From the NCBI GenBank assembly GCA_030549815.1, contig JAUQQQ010000004.1:85827-149826 (forward strand): a stretch of DNA of 64,000 nucleotides. Reading direction: 5' to 3'. The notes under the pieces are model-generated. The model did not search any database. It was not told the origin of the DNA and saw only the letters and a list, made by a program, of their open reading frames with translations. Source of the DNA: a bacterium. Lineage in GTDB: Bacteria; DRYD01. This document shows, piece by piece, positions 9,313 to 18,421 of the stretch. The translations under genes and the position numbers were made by a program. Numbering within the stretch: position 1 is the first letter of the stretch; each line of letters starts with the position of its first letter.

Positions 9313-12202
9313 AACAACAATGATGATATTAAATTTTTTAAACTTTCTAAAAAATAATTTAAAAAAATATAGGTTTTACTTGTTTTTTATAATAATAGAT
9401 TTACTATTTTTTCTACCAGTCTTAATTAATAGGAAGATAATAGGAAGTGTAGATGCTTATAACCAATTTTATCCTTACTTATTGCATTTGCATGATGGAT
9501 TAAAACAATTTACAATACCCTTATGGTGGCAATATACTGCTCTTGGATACCCATTTGCAGGAGTAGTTCAAAGCGGAGTTTTTTATCCAATTAATTATCT
9601 ATACTTTTTCATTCATCCCTTATACGGTTATAACTTAGTTTTACTTCTTCATTTCCTGTTCCTACAAATTGTTACATTCCATTATTTCGATTATTTATTA
9701 AAGAAGTACTTTAGTAATAAGTCAGAATTAGCTTTTTTAGGATCAATAATGTTTTCCTTTAGTCTATTTGTTTTAGTTAGATTAGATATTTATCCATTTA
9801 TTTTATCAATGCCATATTCGATATTGAGTTTATTAATAATAGAGAAAATGAAAGATGAAAAAGATAAAAGTTTATTCTATATACTTTCATTAGCTTTAAC
9901 TTTCGGTTTATTATTCTTATGTGGGTATCCTCAACTTTTTGCTTACACACTTCTTTACATTTTTATATACATTGTACATCTATTTATAAAAGAAAAAATA
10001 AACAAAGAAAAGAATGAACATTCATTAATCTTATTAAAAAACTTAATAATTTCAATAATTCTAACTTTACCTATTATTTCAATTCAACTAATATCCACTT
10101 TACCTTTATTAGATCAAAGCTTAAGGAAATACACAAAAGATTTCTTTTTCAATCAACATAGTTATCAGCCAGAAATGTTAATTACAATGATTCTACCCTA
10201 TGTTTTCGGCGGTATGGGCAAAATAGACTATTTTGGACCTGATAATGAATTTGTAGAATTAGCAAGGGAATACGTTAATTTTATATCCCTCATTTCAATT
10301 CCAACTTTTTTAATCGGAATCTACAGGATAATGAAATACAAATATAAAGAATACAATTTTTTAATATTAATATTATTAATTTTCCTATTGTTAAGCTTTG
10401 GTAAATATACATTAGTTAGTTATTTATTATACTTTGTTCCCTTTTTGTCAGATTTAAGAGTTCCTGCAAGGAATATGTTTTTTGTTGATTTATCATTAAT
10501 TTTCATTTCATTAATAGGAATAGATTACTTTTTAAGATTATTAAGATATAAAACCGGTATCTTTAACAGATTAAAAATTTTTACAAAACTATTTTTAATC
10601 CCCCCTTTTGTATTATTTTTTATAATTTTTACATTCTCCAATCTAAAAACTGAAATAATAGATACAATAATTAAAGAAACAATATTAGGTTCTTTCTTTT
10701 TAATAATTTTATCGTTATTTTCAATAGCTTTTCTTTTTCAAAAAATAAAAAAATATCAAGTATTAATAATATTTATTGCAATATTAGTAGTAGTAGAGAA
10801 AACATTTTTGTTTTTTTCTCAACATTATTTGAATTTAAGTATAGGTAATATAGCAATTAAAAATAAAGAATCTTTATTAAGAGGTAGTAATCAAGAAAAT
10901 ATAGAATACAATTATTTTATTGATAGTTTTAGCATTATTAATCTTATTTCAAAAAATGAAAACACAAGAATAATTAACATATATGATCCTTTTGTCAGTA
11001 GAGATTATTATTATATTTTTAATATAGATTGGGGAAATAGGTTACCCTTACCATTTCTTTATGGCTTAATACAAAATAATTTAATACTATCAACATTTGG
11101 AGTCAATAGAATTGTTTTGACAGAAGAGAATATAAATAAGGTTATTCAAAATATATACTATACAAATTTTAAAACATTTTCAATAAAACAGGAAAATTTA
11201 AAAACTAAAACCAATCCAGAAAATTCAATAGAAATAAAATTCAATAATACACAAAACTCAAATTTATTCATACTAGAATACGAAATTTTAAAGCAACAGA
11301 ATAAGACAAATATTTCCAAAAAATTGAAAAAATTAATATTGGAGAAAAACAACCTATTACAGATAAATGTAAATAATCAATATTTAATTTTAAGGTCAAT
11401 AGAGCCTTTAATTAAAGAAAAAGTAATTGAAAACACAAAAAAATTTTCAAATGCTTCACAATCTCAAGAGATAGTTGATCATATAACAATACCTTTCTTT
11501 AGTAAAGCCAAAGAAATTACTATATTAATAAATCCTAATTTAGAAGAAGGTATAACGATAAAAAACATAAAAATTTATTCCTATCCACCCAACAAAATAC
11601 CAAATCTATATCTAAATAACAGTTCAAAGGTATACGAAATCACTAAAGACAATGTTGATAATACTACTTTACAAAATTTAGATATATACAAAAACAACAA
11701 TAGTTGCCCAATTATTTATAGTATAAAAAATGTAAAGATAGTCAAAAATATAGAAGAATTTAAAAAAATTTTGCTACTATGGGAAATAAACCCACTTAAC
11801 ACTGTCTGCATAGAAGAAAACGAATTAGAAAAAATAAAAAAAGAATACCAATTTTTGGATGAGATAGAAAAAATTGAATTTAACAAAGTGGAAATAGAAA
11901 ATATTGAATTTTTCAATAAACCTGATCAAATAAGCTTTACTGCTAAAGTTAAAGACAAAGGGATAGTTGTGATAAATGATTCATTTTTTGATGGATGGAA
12001 ATGTTCTGCTAATGATAAGGAAATACCAGTCATAAAAGCAAATGGATTAGTTAAATGCATTATTCTGAAAGACGGTATAAACAAAGTAATACTGAAATTT
12101 GAACCATTCTATAAAAAATTCCTATTTCTACCATTTTTATTTATCCTTGTTTACATAGTAGGAATTTTAACAGAGATTAGAAGGAAGCCTAACACAAGAT
12201 AA
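9299..12202 (+). CDS. YfhO-family (GT-C fold) membrane glycosyltransferase
   Basis: N-terminal DAYNQFYP...PLWWQY...GYPF...FYP; many TM helices; RVPARNMF; C-terminal INDSFFDGWKC...ANGLVKCI...LKFEP. Start may be the ATG near 9320. Confidence 0.8.
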   Translation: MNLAKTTMMILNFLNFLKNNLKKYRFYLFFIIIDLLFFLPVLINRKIIGSVDAYNQFYPYLLHLHDGLKQFTIPLWWQYTALGYPFAGVVQSGVFYPINYLYFFIHPLYGYNLVLLLHFLFLQIVTFHYFDYLLKKYFSNKSELAFLGSIMFSFSLFVLVRLDIYPFILSMPYSILSLLIIEKMKDEKDKSLFYILSLALTFGLLFLCGYPQLFAYTLLYIFIYIVHLFIKEKINKEKNEHSLILLKNLIISIILTLPIISIQLISTLPLLDQSLRKYTKDFFFNQHSYQPEMLITMILPYVFGGMGKIDYFGPDNEFVELAREYVNFISLISIPTFLIGIYRIMKYKYKEYNFLILILLIFLLLSFGKYTLVSYLLYFVPFLSDLRVPARNMFFVDLSLIFISLIGIDYFLRLLRYKTGIFNRLKIFTKLFLIPPFVLFFIIFTFSNLKTEIIDTIIKETILGSFFLIILSLFSIAFLFQKIKKYQVLIIFIAILVVVEKTFLFFSQHYLNLSIGNIAIKNKESLLRGSNQENIEYNYFIDSFSIINLISKNENTRIINIYDPFVSRDYYYIFNIDWGNRLPLPFLYGLIQNNLILSTFGVNRIVLTEENINKVIQNIYYTNFKTFSIKQENLKTKTNPENSIEIKFNNTQNSNLFILEYEILKQQNKTNISKKLKKLILEKNNLLQINVNNQYLILRSIEPLIKEKVIENTKKFSNASQSQEIVDHITIPFFSKAKEITILINPNLEEGITIKNIKIYSYPPNKIPNLYLNNSSKVYEITKDNVDNTTLQNLDIYKNNNSCPIIYSIKNVKIVKNIEEFKKILLLWEINPLNTVCIEENELEKIKKEYQFLDEIEKIEFNKVEIENIEFFNKPDQISFTAKVKDKGIVVINDSFFDGWKCSANDKEIPVIKANGLVKCIILKDGINKVILKFEPFYKKFLFLPFLFILVYIVGILTEIRRKPNTR

Positions 12203-12306
12203 ATTGCATACCTTTAGCAAATTTTTAGCTTGAAGTTATATTGAAAAATACAATTTGATACTTATTCTCATAGATTACTCAAAACAAGGATAAGCACTTG
12301 TTTATC

Positions 12307-12343
12307 TAGGAAGTCCCACCCTCCATAGCTTGGATTAATTCAC
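12307..12343 (+). mobile_element. Possible degenerate IS200/IS605 (IS1341-type) right end
   Basis: TAGGAAGTCCCACCCTC...GGATTAATTCAC resembles, from memory, the GGAAGCCCC...GTAGTTCAC ends of tnpB elements; the hairpin is degraded. Confidence 0.3.
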
Positions 12344-12515
12344 TACTAAGAAGAAAAATTAAATTTTATTTGAATAATTTTGTTAACTAAATTTTATTAA
12401 ATTTTATGTAATTTTATTGATTAAAATCAATATTTTTTCAATATTTTTTTGTAAAAAATTGGTTACATTTTAAAATAAAATTAACACTTAAAAATTGAAA
12501 AGGAGGTGAAAAGGA

Positions 12516-13028
12516 ATGAAAAAGAGAAAGGGTTTCACGTTAATTGAGTTGATGATTGTTATCGCCATTATAGCAATCTTAGCTGCAGTATTGGTCCCTA
12601 ACTTCATGAGAGCAAGAGAAGCATCAAGATTAAACGCTTGTAAATCTAACCTCAAAAATATCTCAACCGCAGTTGAAACTTACTCAAACGATAACGACGG
12701 CGTTTACCCATTCACTAACAACACCAAAGTAGATATAGTTACTGGAGGAAACGGAGGTGTAGGCGCATTAAGAGATAGATACCTACAAAAAGACTTAGTG
12801 TGCCCATCAGTTGGTAATGTAAACCGTTATAGATATTGGTCATCTTCAGATGGTGCTCAGTATGGAATATACTGCCCAGCAGCAGCATCATCCGAGGTAA
12901 ACCCACCCAGAAGACACAAAAAAGCAAATGGTAGAACTGGTGGACCATACCTTGATTCTGCTTTAGGAATAATCCCTGATACTGTGGACGGAGGAAGTGG
13001 AGTATGGACTTCCGCCGCTTTCCAATAA
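12516..13028 (+). CDS. Type IV pilin-like protein (probable major pilin)
   Basis: Class III signal [10 protein letters not shown] with G-1, F+1, E+5; hydrophobic helix; four Cys; strong AGGAGGTG RBS. Confidence 0.9.
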   Translation: MKKRKGFTLIELMIVIAIIAILAAVLVPNFMRAREASRLNACKSNLKNISTAVETYSNDNDGVYPFTNNTKVDIVTGGNGGVGALRDRYLQKDLVCPSVGNVNRYRYWSSSDGAQYGIYCPAAASSEVNPPRRHKKANGRTGGPYLDSALGIIPDTVDGGSGVWTSAAFQ

Positions 13029-13047
13029 TAATTTCGACGTAGAACCA

Positions 13048-13079
13048 GGAGGGGGCTTTATGCCCCCTTTATTTTTTTA
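13048..13079 (+). terminator. Intrinsic terminator between the two pilin genes
   Basis: AGGGGGC-TTTAT-GCCCCCT stem-loop followed by TTATTTTTTT. Confidence 0.85.
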
Positions 13080-13123
13080 TTTTAATCCTTTAATTTTAAA
13101 TAATTTTAAAAGGTGAAGGAAAA

Positions 13124-13540
13124 ATGAAAAAGGGATTTACATTAGTAGAACTAATGATAGTTATAGCTATTATTTCTATACTTGCCTTAGTACTATTACC
13201 CAACTTTGTTATAGCAAGACACCAAGCAAGATTATCAGCATGCCAATCAAACATAAAAAACATATCTACGGCAGTGGAAACATACTGCTCATCAAATAAT
13301 GATCAATACCCTCAAAATGATTTCATCGTTGATAACAACAGTCCTTTATACAATTACATACAAAAAGACATTAAATGCCCATTGATAAAAGAATACTATG
13401 AATACAAAATAAATACAACGGGTAATAAATATTGGATCTACTGCCCAACAATCTCAAATACAAAAAAACATAAAACAAACAAAGGAATAATTACAAAAAT
13501 ATACTTAGACAATGTAGAAGGTTTAAAAATAGAATATTAA
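13124..13540 (+). CDS. Second type IV pilin-like protein (diverged paralog)
   Basis: KKG/FTLVE signal; shares [23 protein letters not shown] and YCP with the upstream pilin. Confidence 0.88.
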   Translation: MKKGFTLVELMIVIAIISILALVLLPNFVIARHQARLSACQSNIKNISTAVETYCSSNNDQYPQNDFIVDNNSPLYNYIQKDIKCPLIKEYYEYKINTTGNKYWIYCPTISNTKKHKTNKGIITKIYLDNVEGLKIEY

Positions 13541-13545
13541 AATAC

Positions 13546-14694
13546 TTAATTCTCTAAATTAATCGTTTTTTCAATATTGGTCAAGAGTGCCATTATAGAA
13601 GGATTGCTCTTACTCTTCTTTTCAATCTCATAATATCTTTGATACATTTTTACAACATCAAAAGGATCTATTAATTCATCAGTACTTCTTTCTAAATTCT
13701 TTTTTTCTTCAATAATTTCTTTTTGCAATTTTATGACATTATCAAATTTTGCTATTTTCTCCAGTATTTCATAATCTAAACTGCTATAGATCACTTTAAT
13801 AAATTTATCCTTATTTTTTTCAATTTCATCAAAAATATTCTTTGATTCCCTTATCGTAATAAATTCTTTGTAGTTAAGTTTAATAAATTCAATTTTTGGG
13901 AAATTATTAACTATTTGGCCTACAATTATTCCGTGATCAAAATTTTCGCCAAAATCCAGAGGGATAATAGACCCAGAATAGTAAATATTTCTTGGTCCAA
14001 TCTTTTGAAACTTATGAACATGCCCCAAAGCAACATACACAAAACTCTCATCAATATCACCCAACCTTACATAATAAGAATCATTTATATAATTCCTCGC
14101 TTCAGTATTACCTAAAACAGAATTTTCAACATACATATGCCCTAATAAAAACTTAAATTTCCCCTTTGACTGTTGTAAAAAATTCTTCATAATAGAGGAA
14201 TAAACAAAAGAATAAGCAAACTCTTTCGGAATATCCAAATTATAAAATGCATTCAAAGCCAACTTATATTCCAAAAAAGGTAAAACCACAACATCAACTT
14301 CTCCAACACTAAAAGGGCTTACTCTTTCGTGTTTAATATCGTTCATTAAATCAATACTTGTATAAATAAAAATTTTTTGCTCTTTACTCAAAAACTTATT
14401 AAAAAGCGAAAAATTATATAACCTTTTTTCATTATCATGATTTCCTGAGATTATAAAAATAAAATCAACATAATCATTGATCTTAATGAGGAATTCAATA
14501 AACATTTCTTCAACATCAGCAGAATGGTTTTTATGATGAAAAATATCACCACAAATGAAAACAAAGTTAGGCTTCACCTGATGTATTATTTCTTTTATCT
14601 GTTTTAGTGGAGAATAAAAATCTAACTCCAGGTCTCCTTTAATCGTTTTTAACTTTTTACCTAAATGAATATCAGATACATGAACAAATTTCAA
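13546..14694 (-). CDS. sbcD: SbcD/Mre11-family nuclease
   Basis: SDIHLG, GDIFH, SGNHD, GHMY, ALGHVHK, YSGSIIPLDFGE. Confidence 0.92.
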   Translation of the reverse strand: MKFVHVSDIHLGKKLKTIKGDLELDFYSPLKQIKEIIHQVKPNFVFICGDIFHHKNHSADVEEMFIEFLIKINDYVDFIFIISGNHDNEKRLYNFSLFNKFLSKEQKIFIYTSIDLMNDIKHERVSPFSVGEVDVVVLPFLEYKLALNAFYNLDIPKEFAYSFVYSSIMKNFLQQSKGKFKFLLGHMYVENSVLGNTEARNYINDSYYVRLGDIDESFVYVALGHVHKFQKIGPRNIYYSGSIIPLDFGENFDHGIIVGQIVNNFPKIEFIKLNYKEFITIRESKNIFDEIEKNKDKFIKVIYSSLDYEILEKIAKFDNVIKLQKEIIEEKKNLERSTDELIDPFDVVKMYQRYYEIEKKSKSNPSIMALLTNIEKTINLEN

Positions 14695-15771
14695 TTACGA
14701 TCCTCCGGTAATCCTTGCCTTCATTTCTTGTGGGTTAGCACTTCTACTAACAGCTTCTTCTCCTGATATCTTTCCTTCCTTATAAAGGTCGAAAATTGCT
14801 TGGTCCATCGTTTGCATTCCGTACTGCCTCGATGTTTGCATGATTGCTTTCAACTGATGGACTTTCCCTTCCCTTATGATATTTTTCACTGCAGAGGTTC
14901 CAATAAGTATTTCACAAGCTAAATACCTTCCCTGCCCAGATGCTGCAGGAATTAATTGTTGACAAATTATTACCTCTAAAACTGATGCCAACTGAATCCT
15001 TACCTGTTGTTGCTGATGGGGAGGAAAAACATCTATAATCCTATCTATCGTTTGAGGGGCATCGGTAGTATGTAAAGTCGATAATATCAAGTGTCCAGTT
15101 TCTGCAGCCGTTAAAGCACCACTTATCGTCTCTAAATCCCTCATCTCACCAACCAATATAACGTCAGGGTCTTCTCTTAAGGCAGATTTCAAAGCAGCAG
15201 CAAAAGAATGAGTATCAACCCCTAATTCCCTCTGATTTATCATTGATTTCTTATGAGTATGTATAAACTCTATAGGATCTTCAATAGTTAATATATGATC
15301 CGTACGTGTGGAATTAATTATATCAACCATGGCAGCCAAAGTTGTTGATTTACCTACCCCCGTAGGCCCAGTAACCAAAATCAATCCACTTCTCTTCTTC
15401 GCTAAATCATATACAATCTGTGGTAACCCCAATTCTTCAGGGCTTTTTATGACGTTAGGAATAGTCCTAAATGCAGCACTAACAGCACCCCTCTGCTTAA
15501 AAACATTCAACCTAAACCTACCATATCCAGGAATACCATAAGATGTATCCAATTCCAAATCCCTTTCAAACTTCTCTCTCTGCCTATCATTCAATATAGC
15601 ATAGATTAATCTTCTCGTATCTTCAGGCTTAAGGCGTGGAAATTCAGTAGGAATTAACCTACCATCTATCCTCAACATCGGTGGTAAACCTGCAGTAATA
15701 TGCAAATCACTCGCATTCCTTTCAACCGCTATCTTTAAAAGATTGTCTATTGTTAAGGTTGTAGTATCCAT
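14695..15771 (-). CDS. pilT: Type IV pilus retraction ATPase PilT
   Basis: ASDLHI, GPTGVGKSTT, TIEDPIE, LREDPDVILVGEMRD, ETGHL, TLHT and AIRNLIRE-like AVKNIIRE. Confidence 0.95.
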   Translation of the reverse strand: MDTTTLTIDNLLKIAVERNASDLHITAGLPPMLRIDGRLIPTEFPRLKPEDTRRLIYAILNDRQREKFERDLELDTSYGIPGYGRFRLNVFKQRGAVSAAFRTIPNVIKSPEELGLPQIVYDLAKKRSGLILVTGPTGVGKSTTLAAMVDIINSTRTDHILTIEDPIEFIHTHKKSMINQRELGVDTHSFAAALKSALREDPDVILVGEMRDLETISGALTAAETGHLILSTLHTTDAPQTIDRIIDVFPPHQQQQVRIQLASVLEVIICQQLIPAASGQGRYLACEILIGTSAVKNIIREGKVHQLKAIMQTSRQYGMQTMDQAIFDLYKEGKISGEEAVSRSANPQEMKARITGGS

Positions 15772-15786
15772 ATCATCCCTCCTTTT

Positions 15787-16725
15787 TTATTTTGGTACAC
15801 TTACCTTTTTCAAAACTTCTTCCACAAAATGCAAATTATCCCTAAAATCAGAAGATGTTTTTAATATTATCCTATGGGCTAATACAGAAGGTAATACATC
15901 TTTTACGTCATCAGGAATTACATAGTCTCTGTTATTTAAGTAAGCATAAGCAGAGGAAGTTCTCATAACATGAAGCAAAGATCGAGGACTTGGTGGCAAA
16001 TAAACTCTTCCATCCCCATGAATATATTCAAATATATCCAAACAATAATCCTTTACCTTATCATCTATATACACTTTTTTGACCTCTTCAAAAGCAACCA
16101 CTATATCATCCAACTTTATTTTAAAATCCACATTATACTCTCCGTTCTTCCATACGTATAATTCTGTTATTTTTTTCAATTCTGTTCTATTAGGGTAACC
16201 GATAGAAATTTTCATTAAAAATCTATCCAATTGGGCTTCAACCAAAGGATAAGATCCCGCCATTTCTATAGGGTTTTCAGTAGCAATAACAAAAAAAGGA
16301 TTTGGTAGAACATAGGTTTTACCGTCTACAGTTGCTTGTTTTTCCTCCATTACTTCAAGCAAAGCACTTTGAGATTTTGGTGGTATTCTGTTTATTTCAT
16401 CTATCAACAAAATATTAGTAAAGACGGGTCCAGGTTTAAAATCGAATTCCATAGTTTTTGGGTTATAAATCGTTAAACCTGTTATGTCAGTAGGCAAAAG
16501 GTCTGGAGTCCCTTGGATTCTTTTAAATTTAAGGTCCATCGAGTTAGCGATAATCTTTGCCAAAGTCGTTTTTCCAACTCCTGGCACATCCTCGATCAAA
16601 ATATGCCCCCTTGATAAAAAACAAGAAAAAATCAAATAAAATATTTTACTCGGTGCAAAAAATATTTCTCTTATTTGATTTATTAAATCATTAAACTTTG
16701 TTGCAGTCTTCATTAATCCCAACAA
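15787..16725 (-). CDS. MoxR-family AAA+ ATPase
   Basis: EDVPGVGKT, RIQGTPDLLPTDITG, DEINR, ATENPIE, LDRFL, SPRS, VLAHRI. Confidence 0.93.
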   Translation of the reverse strand: MLGLMKTATKFNDLINQIREIFFAPSKIFYLIFSCFLSRGHILIEDVPGVGKTTLAKIIANSMDLKFKRIQGTPDLLPTDITGLTIYNPKTMEFDFKPGPVFTNILLIDEINRIPPKSQSALLEVMEEKQATVDGKTYVLPNPFFVIATENPIEMAGSYPLVEAQLDRFLMKISIGYPNRTELKKITELYVWKNGEYNVDFKIKLDDIVVAFEEVKKVYIDDKVKDYCLDIFEYIHGDGRVYLPPSPRSLLHVMRTSSAYAYLNNRDYVIPDDVKDVLPSVLAHRIILKTSSDFRDNLHFVEEVLKKVSVPK

Positions 16726-16777
16726 TTATAAAGTTCTACTTACACAATCTTTCTCCTTTGTTTAATCTGTCGAAAAA

Positions 16778-17911
16778 CTACGTATTTTCAATTAAAACTG
16801 AGTATCCACCGCCACTACCTGCACAAACCATCACAACAGCTTTTTTATAATTATATTTTTTCATACCTATTATTGAATTTATAACCAACCGTGCTCCAGT
16901 AGCCCCAATTGGGTGCCCAAACGCAACAGCTCCACCAAATATGTTCGTCCTACTATAATCCAATTCCAAAATCTTCATATTCGCAGCTAAAACAGCAGCA
17001 AACGCCTCATTTATCTCCCACAAATCTATATCATCCTTCGAAATAGAATACTTCTTCAATAACGACTTGGTAGAAAGAGAGGGAACTATCGGAAAATTCT
17101 CAGGCTCCTCAAAACTTTCAGCAAAACCAACTATCCTACATAGTGGCTTTAAATCATACTTTTTCAAAAACCTCTCAGAAACCAAAAGTAAAGCAGCAGC
17201 ACCGTCAGCAAGTGCAGAAGCATTACCCGCAGTTATCGTAGCATCCTCCCTCCTAACCACAGGTTTTAAACTTGCCATTTTGTCTTTACTTACATCCAAC
17301 CTTATATTCTCGTCAATACTACCATTAGGATTTTTAACAAAATTCTGAGGATTAGAATTCCAAAACTCAGCAGCACGCTTATGACTGTTATAAGCCAATT
17401 CATCCTGCTCTTCTCTACTTATACCATATCTTTTTGCAATAACTTCAGCAATCTCAATCATCAACTTATTAGTAACTGCACATCTTAACCCATCAGTATT
17501 AATCGAATCTTCCAATACCAAATCCCCGTATTTATTCCCCATCCTTGTCCTTACTAAAAACGGAGCATTAGTCATACTTTCAACTCCACCAGCAATTACA
17601 ACATCATACTCAGAACTAATAATATTTACATACGCAGTTTGTAATGCTTTAATAGGAGATATACAAACCTGATTAACAACAAAAGCAGGTGTGTTTATAT
17701 TCATTCCAGCTTTAATTAATGCTTGCCTTGCTAAATTTTGCCCATTACCAGCACCTATCACATTACCTAAAATAACCAACTCAACAGGATAAGAAAACCT
17801 TGAAATAATATCCTTAATTACCAGTGAAGCAAGATCCGAAGCTTTGTAATTACTCCATACACCTCCTATCCTACCAAAAATCGTGCTACTATAATCAACC
17901 ACATAAACCAT
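16778..17911 (-). CDS. Acetyl-CoA C-acyltransferase (thiolase)
   Basis: NQVC, GGVESM, TAGNAS, EINEAFA, GHPIGATG and MVCAG; both catalytic Cys and the His are present. Confidence 0.93.
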   Translation of the reverse strand: MVYVVDYSSTIFGRIGGVWSNYKASDLASLVIKDIISRFSYPVELVILGNVIGAGNGQNLARQALIKAGMNINTPAFVVNQVCISPIKALQTAYVNIISSEYDVVIAGGVESMTNAPFLVRTRMGNKYGDLVLEDSINTDGLRCAVTNKLMIEIAEVIAKRYGISREEQDELAYNSHKRAAEFWNSNPQNFVKNPNGSIDENIRLDVSKDKMASLKPVVRREDATITAGNASALADGAAALLLVSERFLKKYDLKPLCRIVGFAESFEEPENFPIVPSLSTKSLLKKYSISKDDIDLWEINEAFAAVLAANMKILELDYSRTNIFGGAVAFGHPIGATGARLVINSIIGMKKYNYKKAVVMVCAGSGGGYSVLIENT

Positions 17912-17932
17912 AAAAAACCTCCCTTGATTTTT

Positions 17933-18400
17933 TTAGAAACCAATCACTTTGATAATTACTCTTTTATTCCTTTGTCCATCAAATTCTCCATAGAATATTC
18001 TTTGCCAAGGGCCTAAATCTAATTTTCCATTAGTTACGGGAACAATAACTTGATGATGAACAAGAATACTTTTTAAATGAGCATCACAATTATCTTCTCC
18101 TGTTAAATGATGTCTATACTCTTCACCATCGGGATGTTTTCCATAAGGAGCCAATCTTTCCAGAAACTTCTCAAGATCATACAAAAATCCCTCTTCATTA
18201 TCATTAACAAAAACGGATGCGGTGATATGCATAGCCGAAACCAAAACAAACCCTTCCTTTATCCCAGATTTATCTACAGCTTCTTGCACCTGCTTTGTTA
18301 TATGTATAAACTCTCTTCTTTTTTTAGTATTAAAAACCCAGTATTCAGTATATGATTTAAGAATTCCCTCACTAACAACCTTTGAATCTATTATTTTCAA
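17933..18400 (-). CDS. YjbQ/UPF0047 family protein
   Basis: [30 protein letters not shown]. Confidence 0.9.
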   Translation of the reverse strand: MKIIDSKVVSEGILKSYTEYWVFNTKKRREFIHITKQVQEAVDKSGIKEGFVLVSAMHITASVFVNDNEEGFLYDLEKFLERLAPYGKHPDGEEYRHHLTGEDNCDAHLKSILVHHQVIVPVTNGKLDLGPWQRIFYGEFDGQRNKRVIIKVIGF

Positions 18401-18421
18401 AATTCTCCCTCCCTTCTTATC

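Noticed and set aside
12300-12345. c-di-GMP-I riboswitch upstream of the pilin (GTGGGAC on the minus strand)
   Set aside because: Wrong strand for the pilin gene; the GCAAA/GAAA elements and the P1-P3 stems are missing.
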